DNA of 64,000 nt from Cyanophora paradoxa CCMP329 (Eukaryota > Plantae > Glaucophyta). How positions within the stretch are numbered: position 1 is the stretch's first letter; each line of letters opens with the position of its first letter. The notes below the pieces were generated by a model. It worked only from the letters and a program-made list of their open reading frames with translations. It did not search any database and had not been told where the DNA came from. A program made the translations under genes and the position numbers. Where the stretch lies: positions 496,001 through 560,000 of the forward strand of contig QPMI01000015.1 in assembly GCA_004431415.1 (NCBI GenBank), given 5' to 3'. This document shows positions 46,801 through 61,800 of the stretch, piece by piece.

Positions 46801-49800
46801 TCAAACTTTATCGATATCTAGGGCTCGTGCCGGTGCCACGAGAGTGCTCTCCATCATGTACGAATAGCGACGTGTCCGTGGTGCCTCGCGATCGGGAACC
46901 GAAGCCCGGCGCCACTGAGCGAGGGACTGGCCATGGGGCGCTGCGGCCGCGGCCGGCGCGGGGGTCGACGTCGTCGACTTCGGCTCAGCCGCGTCGATGA
47001 TGTCGTCCGCCGGGGCCGGGCCCTTGATGATAGCCGCTGCTGACGCCCGCCGCGGTTTGCGCGGCACTTCCGCTGCGGCTGGCGAGCGGGTCGTTGGGAT
47101 GGCCGCATCGATTATGTCGCCCGTGGCCGTATTGAATGACACGGACGGCCCCCGCGGCCGCTGCGGGACATGCTGTGCTTTCGCGACAGTTAGAGCTGGC
47201 GAGCGGGTTGTTGGAACAGCCGCGTCGATGATGTCATCCGTGCCGGTTGCCATGGCTGAGGCCCGACGCGGGGTTCGTAGCGCTGTGGCGATGGCCGGCG
47301 ATCGCGAGCGCGCCGCTGGACCCGGAATGGACGCGTCGATTATGTCGATGTCGTCCGTGTCGATCGCCGCGGCCGGCGGCCGCCGCGGGACCCGACCGCC
47401 GTACGCGTCCGAATCGATGACGTCGACGTACGATGCCAATCGCGACTGCGGGTTTCCGAGTTCGAGGCCTGTCCGCGGCAGGTGCATCGACCGCCTTTGC
47501 TTGCGACGACTGTACGTGTAGACCCCTATGCACACGAACAAGGCGACCGTCACGCCCACCACAACCCCGGTGACGATGCCGGCCACCTTCCCCACATCGA
47601 AAGACGACGCCGCCTCCTCGCTGGCGGAGGCGGATGTCTGCACGCCGGCTTTGATCGCGTTCTGCGTGCACTGCGGCTTGGCAGTCGCTGCGCCGCTTGG
47701 GAGGGCAATTGTGTACACGCTCCCGCAGAACGAGCCTGTGAGAAGGCGAATCAGATTTCATGGTGCTTAGGTAAACGGTTACAATCACGAACTGTTGCGC
47801 GAGAAGCCGGGGCCGGAGCCGAGGACTGGCGATGAGCCGATGTAGGCCCCCGTGATGTCGACCGACGGGCTTGAAGTGATGCCTAGTTGGAGGGCGTGCC
47901 GCCGGGTGCCGTTGCTGACAGCGTCTGCGAAGGCAGCACGGCCTTTGAACTGCACGCCACTGATGCTCACATCCGGGTCGACTTGCCGCAGGAAATTGTA
48001 GAGCGTCATCAGCCAGTAATCGTCGCGGGCAGCGGCATCCAGCGAATCGTAGTTCTCCGAGAGCCACGCGACAAACGAGCCGAGGCTGTTTTCAACGCGC
48101 ACAGTGAAGTTTAATCTGGACGCGTTGACCGGTACTGCCGCCGCAGAGCGCATCAGCTCCGCCTTGACGGCCTGGATGTACGGTGCGACACCGGCAAAGT
48201 TGCCGCCGATGGAGCGGACGGTGCCGCCCGTTAGGTTCGAGCCGTCGGACAGCGAGAGCGTGAGGCCGCTGTTCAGCGAAGCGTATACGAGCCCCCGAGT
48301 GATCGCTTCCGGCCCGGTTGTTGTCGCCGAGACGTTGAAACCGCCGCCATCAGTCGGGCTGGCGAGCAGCCCGCCGAACACATTCATCGTCAAAACAAGA
48401 GATTCCGCGTCGCGATCGGCGCTGACGTATGCCATCTGCAGGGATGCATCCACGTATGAGTGACTTCGGACGGCGCAGCAATCGCAAGCGCATTTATGCA
48501 CATACCTGAACGTCGATGCTTTTCGCGATCTCTGCGGCAAACGAGGTGCCGCGCACAGCGCTCCGGAGCGCCTCAAGCGCCGCGCGGACGAGCCGCGGGT
48601 TGCCGAGAGCGGAGGGCGACACCGGGTACAGCCTCTGGAGTGCTTCGAGCGTGGCCGCCTGCCGCGGGAACGAGAGGACAACGGGTAGCTGAAGGCCAGC
48701 GCGGTCTCGGAACCCGCCGATTCCAGGCACGCCAGGCTGCAAGACAAAGCGATACTCAATAGACTTCGATGACGTTACGAATATGGCTGCCGCACCGACG
48801 TGATGCGCTGGCCGTCGAGCCTCTGCGGGGTGCCGCCGACAAGGAGCGGGTCGACGGCGGAGAGGTCGAGGCCGCTGAGGAGCGCGTCGGCGTAGACAAA
48901 GTCGCGGAGCGCGGTCGAGGACGGCCGTCTCAACCCGGGCGCCAGGTTGGCCACGCCAAAGAACCTGAGCCGACTGTCAACGACGGCTCCAGTAGTGCGG
49001 GGCGCGAACATACGAGAAAGTGATCTGGATGCCTTCGACAGAGCCTGCGGCAGAGGGCGCAATGGCACCCGTTTCGACGGCAAGCTGCAGGGCTTGATCG
49101 AATGTAGCAACGTGGGATGCCGCAGCGCCAATGGCGGCCGCGCGGGCTCGGATGCGCGCGGCGATGGCCGCAACGAGGCCTGCGGGGTCCGATTTGGAGC
49201 TGCCGGCAAAGACCGCCGCGGCCGACGTGTTGCCATCACCGGTGTAGAGCTCGAACGCGACGCCGAGCGTGGCGCGCGAGGTGAGGTTGCGCGACTCGGG
49301 GCGCGTGCGGACGACGTGGGCGATGTCGTGGAACGCGGCTGGCGTGCCGGAAGGAATCACGGTCGTCTCGGACGACGCGTAGCGCCCGTCGATGCCGCGC
49401 ACAGCGATGGCGCCGGGGTTAGTCTCCGTCCAGATGGACTTCGACACGTTGAATCGCGACAGCGAAACTGCGCAGAAATGGAATAATGAATATGGTGACA
49501 GCCGCAGAAGATGCAAGGGTAGTTTACTTCGCTCGGACAAGGGATCGAAGGCAGCTGCCGCGGGCACGGAGCCGGCGAACGTGAGGGCTTCCGAGAGGTC
49601 GGCGACCGGGAGGCTCTCGCAGCTGGCGCCGCAGCCGGCCCTGTACACGGCGAGCTGGACGACGTCGGATGCGAGGCGCTCGCTGCCACCGTACAGCGCC
49701 GCGGGGAGGCGCAGGGCAACGACGTCGAGGGTCCGGTCGTCTGTCGCGTTGCCGAGGACAGAGAGGGCGAAGCTCGAGGGAAGGCCGATGCGGACGTCGG

Positions 49801-52800
49801 AGCCGCCGCCGAAGGCGACCACCTGTGCCGGGTAGTCGACGGTCCGAGAGACGCAGAGCTGGAGCGGGAGCAGCTCGGCGTCCTTGCGGGACGCGGACGG
49901 CGATGCGTACGCCGCGACGGGCGAGGTCCAGTTGGCGCGCGTGGCCGCGCAAGTGCCGCACTCGAGGGAGCGGCGGCCGAGCTGGGAGAGGAGCTGCCGG
50001 AGCGCGAGCGACGCGCCGAGGGTGCGGTTGACGCCGGCCTCGTTGCTGAACAGGTTGAGGGAGCCCCGGACGAGGCTCTCGAGGACGGCGTCCGTGTCCG
50101 GTGTGTACGAGTTGCAGTCACGGACGTAGCGGGTAGTGAGGTTAGCCGCAAGGGAGAGCGCGTCGTGGACGACCGATGCGCTGTAGTCGGCAGCGAAGCC
50201 GGCGCCGAGGATTGTGGCGAACTGCGACGCCGCTGCGCTCACGGCCATCTTGCTGTACCCGGCGCCCTCGACGGCCTGCATGGAGCTGCGGAGCGCGTCC
50301 ACCTGGATCTGGAGGAGCGCTGCGTCCGCGGCGCTGAGGCGACGGCGCGCGGGGACGCTGGTGAAAGCCCCGAGGACCTTGCGCCTCCGCGCGTTGACGG
50401 CGGCCTGCTGCGCGGCCGACTTTGTTGCCGTCATGATGCTTCCGAACACGCACACGTAGTCCTGGGCACGCCTGCAGGCGCTGACGGCAGCGTCGGTGCT
50501 GTTTCTGATGATCTCGGCAGCGTCCGTTGTCGACAAGCCAGCCATCGGGTCGGAAACAGCCACGGGCTCAAGATCATCGAAGACGGTGAATGCGCCCGTC
50601 GAATCACGAACGTATCCACGGAACTTCAATAGGTCTGAAATCCAATGTGTCAGATCAACGAATAGCGGGGATTAATGTATCCACGGAACTCTAATAGGGC
50701 TGAAATGCAATATATTTCAGATTGACAAGTGGCGGAGATTAATGTATATATCCGCGGAACTCTAACAGGACTGGAATCCAATGTGTCCGATCAACGAATG
50801 GCAGAGATTAATATAACCGCGGAACTTTAATGGGCCTAAAATCCAATATGTCAGATTAACCGCGTGCAACGATTCTTGATTCAATAACGAGGAAGGAACC
50901 GAGGCAGAAATAAACGAATGAGCCAAATATAACACTTTCGTAAGCGTCGACGGAAGCAAAATCAAAGCAGCGCACCCTTCACGGGGTACGCCTTGATCTT
51001 CGTGAGCGTGCTGTCCGACGAGTAGCTGCGGAGGGTGGTCCTGGAGCCCGCGCCGACCTCCTCCGCCTCGAAAGCGTACTGGAGCGGCGGGCTCCCCGTC
51101 ACCCAGTCGCCGCACGAGAGGCGGTACTCCTTGCTGAGCGCCGTTACGGACTTGGCGCCCTGGATCACGTCCAGCAGGCCGCCGTCGGCGAGGGGCTCGA
51201 GCAGCTTGCAGCTCCCCGAGGCCGGCGGCTGCGTTTTACCTTATTCAGTTACGGATTCGAACGTAATTTCGAATTCGCACGCACCCGGTTGACTTCCAGC
51301 GTGACTTCAGCGGACGCGGTGCGAGTCTTGCCGTCCTTCTCGAGCGTGACCGAGAGGGCGAACGTGTACGCCTGGCCCGGGCGGAGGACGTTCTTCTTGA
51401 GGACGAGGGACGACCCCGTGCTGCTCTCGGTGATCCCCTTGTCCTGCAGGTCCAGCGTGCTCGCGCTCTGCACGGTCCACAGGTACTGCAGCTTGTAGAC
51501 CGACTCGCCGTTCGCCTTGAAGTCGGCAGCGTCGATGTCCTTGGGCGCCTCGACGGCGCCGGTGAGCTTCAGCTCTCGGAAAGCGTTCACTGTCCGCGAT
51601 CCCTCGAGCTGCGCTCGCACAAGTGAGACGAGCACTATCCAGAACCGAGCAGAAGAGCTGCACCGATATCGAGACAGAGGGCGGGGCGTACTCCGCGATG
51701 ACAACGGGGACGGCGGCCATCGCAGCGGCGCGGTCGAGGCCGTCGGTACGAGTAACGTGCACTGCAAACGAGAACCTACATTCGAGAATCGAATCAACGC
51801 ATATTGTCATATGTATAAATGAACGGCTTACGGCTTCTGTGGAGACGCTTTGTCTGGCTGGAGAGTACGAGCCGTGATTTGGAGAACGCAGCCATTTTTT
51901 TCGCTCGGGAGGGCCACACCGGGACCGCTGATTAGAAAGCCGTCCGGGTCCAGCGGGAGCGCGTGCGTCGGAGAGCTGGCGCCCAGGGTCCACTTGCAAG
52001 CGAGCATCGTGTCAAAGCCGGCGACGGCGTCAACGTTGTCAGGGTCGAATGATTTCGTCGCGTCCAGCACAATATTCGAATCGACCCCCACGGTGCTCGT
52101 CAGCTTCAGCTGGCCAGCTGACTCGGAGAACGACCTGGCGTCCGCAACGAGTTTCGCGGCCTTTACTGTGAGTTCGGTCGTGAAACTGTTCCTGAGGCTG
52201 GCGTCCGTCCTCACGTTGCCCTCGACCTCCACCTTGTACGGCGTGGTCCGAGGCTGCACACGAAGGCGGGCGGATCAGCAGCCGATCGTAGACATCCTTG
52301 TTTAACTTCCGCACCAGCAGCGAGAGTTTGAGCTTTCCGTTTGGTCCGATCGTAAATGTCGAGGACGTCTCTCCGACCTGCTCGACTTCGTCGATGAACC
52401 ACCGGAACTCCATCTCGATCGCTGCGGCAGCATCTCGAATCCTCTTCAAAAGAACGAATACTCATGTTTTCGCACTCGAGCTCGAGGAGCAGGCGCTGAA
52501 GGTCGCCCGCGCGGTGAGCGTCGTGTCGGCCGTCTTTGCCGTCTCGAGCTTCGCCCCCTCCGCGATCACGACGCTCGGGATCTCCGTGTTGGTTTTCGCG
52601 AGCTGCCGCAAACACATTTCGCTAAGCAATTCAACGCCTCCCATGGCCAGATCTAGACACTCTAGCAGAGCGCACCGCAATGGTCTGCTGCACGCTCGGC
52701 TTGTTGAGGAAGTTCTGTGCCTGGACGGCAACGAGGTAGCTTCCGGTTGGCGCGGACGCGAGGATACGGAGCGCCGTCCCTGAGATTCTGTACAGGGCGG

Positions 52801-55800
52801 GATCTGCTGGTACAGAACAATACTGAGTGAATCCGTCTATGGAAGTGCTTGTCAGAGAAGGCACGGACCAACAGCGATTCCGCCCTGAGTGACGGTCCAC
52901 TGCAGAGTGAGTGGTCGGCCGCAGCCGCCGCCCTCTACCTTCACAAAGTACTCTGCGGGGTTGCACCTCCCGACCGAGACGTCGCCTGTGAGCTGGATGA
53001 CTGGGGTCGGCGGGTTGGCCGGGGCTTGAATGACGATGGCGGGAGCCGAATCAGGGATCGGAGCGGAGTTGCCGATGCTGCTCATGCGCGTATCCGGACG
53101 AGACCACGGTCAGAGATCAACAAGATGAAATAGCTATAACAGAGCGCACGCGTTCAAGATCGGAGCCCCGGAGCTGGCAATCGACACGGCGGAAAGGAGC
53201 TTGGCGAGGCCGCCGATGTTCTGGTCGTTGACTCCGGCGATCGTGACTTCGAGAACACTCGGACGGACGAATGAGCAGTACGATGCTGCGAGCAAAATGT
53301 AAATGTGAAGCACAAATGCCTTCTTGCTAAAAGGACATCGCGCACCAGAACCGAACAGAGTGGCGGCATCGCGGAAAATGGCGCTTGCACGCACATTCCT
53401 TGCGGAGTCCAGGGCGGCGCCCGGCGTGCCCATATAGCTCTGCCGCGACACGAGAAGAAATGAGAAATCGAAGAGACAGTATACAGCCGCTATAAGAGGA
53501 AAATGTGAAGCACCTGCAGCATATCCGAGTCCTCACTCAGCGTGAACAAAACGGTATTGCCCTTCGCATGAATTAAGTCAGCCGGCGCCGTGCTGCTCGT
53601 GACATCAATCGAACAGTTGTTCGGAGCTCAAGCTCACCACATCAGAGAATTTCGCGGACAGGATCTGAATGGGGTCCTTGGGGGTACGGGCCACAGCCAC
53701 CCGCGCCGCCGGCGCGTCAGCGGAAGCCATGCGCGACCCTTCAATGAAGGTCGTCTGCTTCGCGTTGACGAAGAGGTCCAAAGTTCCTGAGCCAGTCGCA
53801 TAAAGCTTGTACGCTGCGCGAAAGATTATGCTGTGATCAAGAGTACCTTTATACTTTCGCTTCGAATTCTTTCTTAAAACGCACAGATTGTAACGATGCC
53901 AGTGGTGCCAGGAACGCGAGCCATCTGCGCAGAGCGCGCAATATTAATAGCAGCAAAGTCAAATCAAGCTTATTCGAAAATAAGATTCAGATCACGAACC
54001 GCGAGGTCGCGGAAGCACCCAATGACGCCCTGGTAGCGGACGTACGAGCAGAGTGGGGTGGCACCCGCTGCGGTCGTGAAGTCTGCAAAGAACGGAAGCT
54101 TTGCGAAACCGCCCGAAAATGTAAACTCAAACACGTCGTTCGGGGCCCTGACCGATATTTATTATTGTGTAATCAGTTTATCATTAAAGATACGGGAGAG
54201 ATCGGAGGAACGCACTGGTCAAAGTCAATCACGTTGCCGCACTGGTCGACGCCTGTGAGGCGAAGCGAGTTGAGAGCCTCCGCGGCCAGCGGGCCCGCGA
54301 TGCTCTCCTTGAGTGCAGAGGCGTCTCGAATGCTTGCCAGAATGTTGGGCTTCACCGTGAGAGGGAGCAGCCCTCCGAAGCCGGTACCGCTACGCGTCGC
54401 CTGAATTTGCACAATGCCGGTGGAGCAGGTCGAGAAGGTGACCTGGTAGACCCCGGCGACAGTGCCAGAGCTTGCTGATGACTGCTCGGAGACGTTCCAA
54501 CTCCTGGCTGAGCCGCCGAAGCCCGCCACCGCGAGCACAGGGAGCAAACTTATGACATTCGCAGGAGCCGCCAGCGAGAGAGTCTGAGAACGAAGGCGCA
54601 GAATTGGTTAGATATGATTTGATATGCAAGAAGGCTATGAAAATTCAGGAGCACCGAGGCTGCCCACGGCGACGGGATCGCTTCGCTCGCAATCGAGCAG
54701 CTGGAGGCAGCCGCCGCCGCGCCAAATCCAAGCCGCAAGGTCGTCTCGCTGTCGGCAAGGGACTGATACGCAGCCTGTTCCACCAGGTTCCCGAGTGCGT
54801 CGCGGACTGCGACGTACGCGGTTGTCGCCTGGCCCGCAAGCACGTGCGGACTGGAGCTGGCGAGCCACTCAAGCCGGGAGGCGACGTAGGTGGGGTAGGC
54901 TGCATCCGGCGAGGTGGCGGGCTCGCCAGGACTGACGAAGACGGCGACGCTCGATCCTACTCCGGCAGCCTGGCCGTTAATGGCGACAGACAGCTTGTAG
55001 TAGCCCGCCTTGAATGCAGTTATCGACGCCGTATAGGAACCATCGGCATTGACTGAGACTGCCACAGTGGCTGCGGAAGGGAAGCTGTTCGGATTGACAA
55101 CGGCCTTGAAGTTGTCCGGCAGGGTGAACACGGTCTCACTGGAACTGCGGTTTTGTTAACATTAATTAACATTAAGTGATGGAGCGCGCGCTCGAGCTCT
55201 GCAAACCTGACAGTGGAAGCGGGGCCGAGGTACGTCGGGGTCACCGTGATGTTGCTGAACGCATCGACCCGCTCGTCCTGCGCGTTGCGGAGCTCGATAC
55301 GGAACGTGAAAGGTCTGCCAGCAGTGTACGCCCTGCAAATGTCGCCGAATACGCCCGACTTCGAAATCGCGATGTCTCCAGCGGTCAGCGAGATTGTGGT
55401 GACAGTCGAGACGGATGCACCGACAGTCCCAGTGACCGTGACTGTGGCACTCCCGTCAACAGACGTTTTGCCTGTTAAAACGAACTTGTCGACCCAGGTG
55501 CCGCCAGCCCCGTAGGTGCCCTTGGTCGTCACTATGTCCACTGGGGCCGCGGGGGACGCCGAAATGCTTGCAGCCACAGGCGGGGCGGAAGCTGTGCCTG
55601 CAGAGGAGCGGAAATCGATGGCGGCGGGGCATGATGACGCAGCCACGCCCGCTGGGACGTTGCCCATATAGTTGTCGTTGCTGCAAGAAAGTATAGTTGA
55701 ATACAGATCGAATCCGTCCAAAGGACACAGCATTGCGCACCGGTCGCGGTACACGCCGATGAACGAGACGGGGAAGCCCTTGAGCGCCTTGACGCTCGAG

Positions 55801-58800
55801 GAAACGCCCTCGAACGACACCTTCGTCTGCATCGACGGGAGAGCGAAGAACCGGACGGGCGAGCTGGCGATCGCGCCGGAGGTCGCGGGATCGCCCGTCG
55901 CGAGGCTCAGTTGGAGCTCGTACGTGCCGCGTCGCCGTGGGACCTGCACCTCGACGAGGAACGTTCCTGCTCGACGAGCGTTACTTCGTAGAAGGCAAGA
56001 CCAAAGGAAAGCTCATGCTCATGCTCGCCGTTCTGATAGTTGATGATACCGATCTGAGGAAGGGCGCTGAACGCAGGGTCGGTCGGGTCGGACGCCGTCT
56101 GAGGGACGAGCTGCGCATGCACGGTCGGAGGTTAGGGTGTTGTCGACGGATCCCGGAGCTTAAGAGGAAAGCTTAAGAGGAAAGCTGATGATAATTATGA
56201 GTAGGCGCACCTGGACGGACAGAGTGCCTGGGTTGCGCCCCGAAACGATAAGACCGTCTGCATCGAATGCCTGGACGACCAGGGAGGAAGTCCAGCCGAC
56301 GATCTGGTATTCACATGCGGCCGGCCCGCTTGCGACGCTCCGTTGGGCTACGACAGGCGCGAGGCCTTTCTTTGTGACGAATGTGCGCGTGTCGGCGGAG
56401 GATGTGCCACCAGCGTTCGTTGTCGTCGCGGTGCACTGGTATCCCGTCAAGGCTTCGAGTGGAACTTGGACGATGATTGAAGTCGGAGAAGAGAGTATGG
56501 AGAGCACTGTCACAGGATCCACAACGATCTGGGTGGCGGTGGAAGTACAGGCGACGGTTGCACTAGACACAGCGTCGATGCCGAGAACGGAGAGCACGAT
56601 GGCGACCATGCCGTCATTTGTCCGCTCCACGTCGACAGCGCCATCGGTACTGGGAGTCACTATCATAGGCGGTGCTGGCCCCGCGAAGGTGGTGAATCGC
56701 CTCGACGCCTCCAGTGAAGCGCCATCAGCATTCACGGTTGAGACTCGGCACGTGTGCTCTATGCCCGGAGCAAGATCAACCTAGATTTCGAGGAGTGAGA
56801 TTAAACTAGATGCCGGCAGGGATAGATATCGATGGCCATGGCCAAGATGCACGAACAGTTACACACGAACCAGCGCAGTGATTGACGTGACTATTCCAGT
56901 GAGCCCGGCGACTCTGACTGGCGCGAGATCCGCGGTTGCTCCAGTCGCTCTGCAAGTCACGGTTGCGCCAGCGACTGAATCAGCTGCCAGGACACCGACT
57001 GTTATCGAAACTTGGCCATTGGAGTTGCGGGTAACTCCAGCCGCTCCGTCGGTTGCAGGGGAGGTGATGCTAGGAAGGGCCGGGCCAGCACGAGTGGAAA
57101 AGCGTCGCATGGCGAAGTCGGAGTTGCCATTCAAGTTCGTACTCTGGGCGCGGCATTCGTACTCGGTTCCTGCATCGAGAGCCACCTCAACCGCAATGGC
57201 CGCCAAAGTCGGCCCAACTTGCACGAGGACCGGGGGACGATCCGTGGACCCGACAAGGGTAGACTTGCAGGTAACTCCGACTGAGGTTACTGCGGACGGG
57301 GCGGAAAAGTCGATATTCAAAGCCAGAGACACTTTCCCAGACGAAACACGGGGGATGTCTCCAAGACCGTCCGATGCTGGGAACGTAATCGAAGGAGGTG
57401 CTGGGCGGAGATCAGGAGTAGGAGAAGGGGTTGGCGACGGCCTCGATGTGGGAGACGGGCTGGGCGACGGGCTCGGGCTGGGCGACGGGCTCGGGCTGGG
57501 CGACGGGCTCGGGCTGGGCGACGGGCTCGGGCTGGGCGACGGGCTCGGGCTGGGCGACGGCTCGGCTGGGCGACGGGCTCGGGCTGGGCGACGGGCTCGG
57601 GCTGGCGACGGGCTCGGGCTGGGCGACGGGCTCGGGCTGGGCGACGGGCTCGGGCTGGGCGACGGGCTCGGGCTGGGCGACGGCTCGCGGGCGACGGCTC
57701 GGCTGGCGACGGGTGGGCTGGGCGACGGCTCGGCTGGGCGACGGGCTCGGGCTGGGCGACGGGCTCGGCTGGGCGACGGGCTCGGCTGGGCGCGGGCTCG
57801 GGCCTGGGCGAGGGCTCGGCTGGGCGAGCTCGGGCTGGGCGACGGGCTCGGGCTGGGCGACGGGCTCGGGCTGGGCGACGGGCTCGGGCTGGGCGACGGT
57901 CGGGGGGCGACGGGGCTGGGCGGGCTCGGGCTGGGCGACGGGCTCGGGCTGGGACGGGCTCGGCTGGGACGGCTCGGGCTGGGCGACGGGCTCGGCTGGG
58001 CGACGGGCTCGGGTGGGCGACGGGCTCGGGCTGGGGCGACGGGCTCGGGCTGGGCGACGGGCTCGGGCTGGGCGACGTGGCTGCGACGGCCGCTGGGCGA
58101 CGGCGCTGGCGCGGGCTGGGCGACGGGCTCGGGCTGGGCGACGGGTCGGCTGGGCGACGGCTCGTGGCGCTGGGCTGGCGACGGGCTCGGGCTGGGCGAC
58201 GGGCTCGGGCTGGGCGACGGGCTCGGGCTGGCGACGGGCTCGGCTGGGCGACGGGCTCGGGCTGGGCGACGGGCTCGGGCTGGGCGACGGGCTTCGGCTG
58301 GGCGACGGGCTCGCGGCGACGGGTCGGGCTGGGCGACGGGCTCGGGCTGGGCGACGGGCTCGGGCTGGGCGACGGGCTCGGGCTGGGCGACGGGCTCGGG
58401 CTGGGCGACGGCTCGGGCTGGGCGAGCTCGGGCTCGGGCGCTGGGCGACGGGCTCGGGCTGGGCGACGGGCTCGGGCTGGGCGACGGGCTCGGGCTGGGC
58501 GACGGGCTCGGGCTGGGCGACGGGCTCGGGCTGGGCGACGGGCTCGGCTGGGCGACGGGCTCGGGCTGGGCGACGGGCTCGGGCTGGGCGACGGGCTCGG
58601 GCTGGGCGACGGGCTCGGGCTGGCGACGGGCTCGGGCTGGGCGACGGGCTCGGGCTGGGCGACGGGCTCGGGCTGGGCGACGGGCTCGGGCTGGGCGACG
58701 GGCTCGGGCTGGGCGACGGGCTCGGGCTGGGCGACGGGCTCGGGCTGGGCGACGGGCTCGGGCTGGGCGACGGGCTCGGGCTGGGCGACGGGCTCGGGCT

Positions 58801-61800
58801 GGGCGACGGGCTCGGGCTGGGCGACGGGCTCGGGCTGGGCGACGGGCTCGGGCTGGGCGACGGGCTCGGGCTGGGCGACGGGCTCGGGCTGGGCGACGGC
58901 TCGGGCTGGGCGACGGGCTCGGGCTGGGCGACGGGCTCGGCTGGGCGACGGGCTGGCTGGGCGACGGGCTCGCTGGGCGACGGGCTGGCGACGGGCTCGG
59001 GGCGACGGGCTCGGGCTGGGCGACGGGCTCGGGCTGGGCGACGGGCTCGGGCTGGGCGACGGGCTCGGGCTGGGCGACGGGCTCGGGCTGGGCGACGGGC
59101 TCGGGCTGGGCGACGGGCTCGGGCTGGGCCGACGGGCTTCGGGCTGGGCGACGGGCTCGGGCTGGGCGACGGGCTCGGGCTGGGCGACGGGCTCGGGCTG
59201 GGCGACGGGCTCGGGCTGGCGACGGGCTCGGGCTGGGCGACGGGCTCGGGCTGGGCGACGGGCCGGCTGGGCGACGGGCTCGGGCTGGCGACGGCTCGGC
59301 TGGGCGACGGGCTCGGGCTGGGCGACGGGCTCGGCTGGGCGACGGCTCGGGCTGGGCGACGGGCTCGGCTGGGCGACGGGCTCGGCTGGGCGACGGGCTC
59401 GGGCTGGGCGACGGCTCGGCTGGGCGACGGGCTCGGGCTGGGCGACGGGCTCGGCTGGCGACGGGCTCGGGCTGGGCGACGGGCTCGGGCTGGGCGACGG
59501 GCTCGGCTGGCGACGGGCTCGGGCTGGGCGACGGGCTCGGGCTGGGCGACGGGCTCGGCGGGCGACGGGCTCGGGCTGGGCGACGGCGCTGGCGGGGCTC
59601 GGCGGCACGGGCTGGGCGCGGGCTCGGCTGGCGACGGGCTCGGCTGGCGACGGGCTCGGCGGCGACGGGCTCGGGCTGGGCGACGGGCTCGGGCTGGGCG
59701 ACGGGCTCGGGCTGGGCGACGGGCTCGGGCTGGGCGACGGCTCGGGCTGGGCGCGGCTGGGCTGGGCGACGGGCTCGGGCTGGGCGACGGGCTCGGGCTG
59801 GGCGACGGCTCGGCTGGGCGACGGGCTCGGCTGGGCGACGGGCTCGGGCTGGGCGACGGGCTCGGGCTGGGCGACGGGCTCGGGCTGGGCGACGGGCTCG
59901 GGCTGGGCGACGGGCTCGGGCTGGGCGACGGGCTCGGGCTGGGCGACGGGCTCGGGCTGGGCGACGGGCTCGGCTGGCGACGGCGGGCTGCGGGCCTGGG
60001 CGACGGGCTCGGGCTGGGCGACGGGCTCGGGCTGGGCGACGGGCTCGGGCTGGGCGACGGGCTCGGGCTGGGCGACGGGCTCGGGCTGGGCACGGTCGGC
60101 TGGGCGACGGGCTCGGGCTGGGACGGGCTCGGCCGGCTGGGCGACGGGCTCGGGCTGGGCGACGGCTCGGGCTGGGCGACGGGCTCGGGCTGGGCGACGG
60201 GCTCGGGCTGGGCGACGGGCTCGGCTGGGCGACGGGCTCGGCTGGGCGACGGCTCGGGCTGGGCGACGGGCTCGGGCTGGGCGACGGGCTCGGGCTGGCG
60301 ACGGCTCGGGCTGGGCGACGGGCTCGGGCTGGCGACGGGCTCGGCTGGGCGACGGGCTCGGCTGGCGCGGCTGGCTGGGCGACGGGCTCGGGCTGGGCGA
60401 CGGGCTCGGGCTGGGCGACGGGCTCGGGCTGGGCGACGGGCTCGGCTGGGCGACGGGCTCGCTGGCGACGGGCTGGGCGGGACGGGCTCGGGCTGGCGAC
60501 GGCTCGGCTGGGCGACGGCTCGGCTGGGCGACGGCTGGCTGGCGACGGCTCGGCGGGCGACGCTCGGGCTGGGCGACGGCTCGGCTGGGCGACGGGCTCG
60601 GCTGGCACGGGCTCGGGCTGGGCGACGGCTCGGCTGGCGACGGCTCGGGCGGGCGACGGGCTCGGGCGGGCGACGGGCTCGCGGGCGACGGGCTCGGCTG
60701 GGCGACGGGCTCGGGCTGGGGCGGGCTGGGCGACGGGCTCGGGCTGGGCGACGGGCTCGGGCTGGGCGACGGGCTCGGGCTGGGCGACGGGCTCGGCTGG
60801 GCGACGGGCTCGGGCTGGGCGACGGGCTCGGCTGGGCGACGGGCTCGGGCTGGGCGACGGGCTCGGGCTGGGCGACGGGCTCGGGCTGGGCGACGGGCTC
60901 GGGCTGGGCGACGGCTCGGGCTGGCGACGGCTCGGCTGGGCGACGGGCTCGGGCTGGGCGACGGGCTCGGGCTGGGCGACGGGCTCGGGCTGGGCGACGG
61001 GCTCGGGCTGGGCGACGGGCTCGGCTGGGCGACGGGCTCGGGCTGGGCGACGGGCTCGGGCTGGGCGACGGGCTCGGGCTGGGCGACGGGCTCGGGCTGG
61101 GCGACGGGCTCGGGCTGGGCGACGGGCTCGGGCTGGGCGACGGGCTCGCGGGGCTGGGCGACGGGCTCGGGCTGGGCGACGGGCTCGGGCTGGGCGACGG
61201 GCTCGGCTGGCGACGGCTCGGGCTGGGCGACGGGCTCGGGCTGGGCGACGGGCTCGGGCTGGGCGACGGGCTCGGGTGCTGGGCGACGGGCTCGGGCTGG
61301 GCGACGGGCTCGGGCTGGGCGACGGGCTCGGGCTGGGCGACGGGCTCGGGCTGGGCGACGGGCTCGGGCTGGGCGACGGGCTCGGGCTGGGCGACGGGCT
61401 CGGGCTGGGCGACGGGCTCGGGCTGGGCGACGGGCTCGGGCTGGGCGACGGGCTCGGGCTGGGCGACGGGCTCGGGCTGGGCGACGGGCTCGGGCTGGCG
61501 ACGGGCTCGGGCTGGGCGACGGGTCGGCTGGGCGACGGGCTCGGGCTGGGCGACGGGCTCGGGCTGGCGACGGGCTCGGGCTGGGCGACGGGCTCGGGCT
61601 GGGCGACGGGCTCGGGCGACGCTGGGCGACGGGCTCGGGCTGGGCGACGGGCTCGGGCTGGGCGACGGGCTCGGGCTGGGCGACGGGCTCGGGCTGGGCG
61701 ACGGGCTCGGGCTGGGCGACGGCTCGGGCTGGGCGACGGGCTCGGGCTGGGCGACGGGCTCGGGCTGGGCGACGGGCTCGGGCTGGGCGACGGGCTCGGG

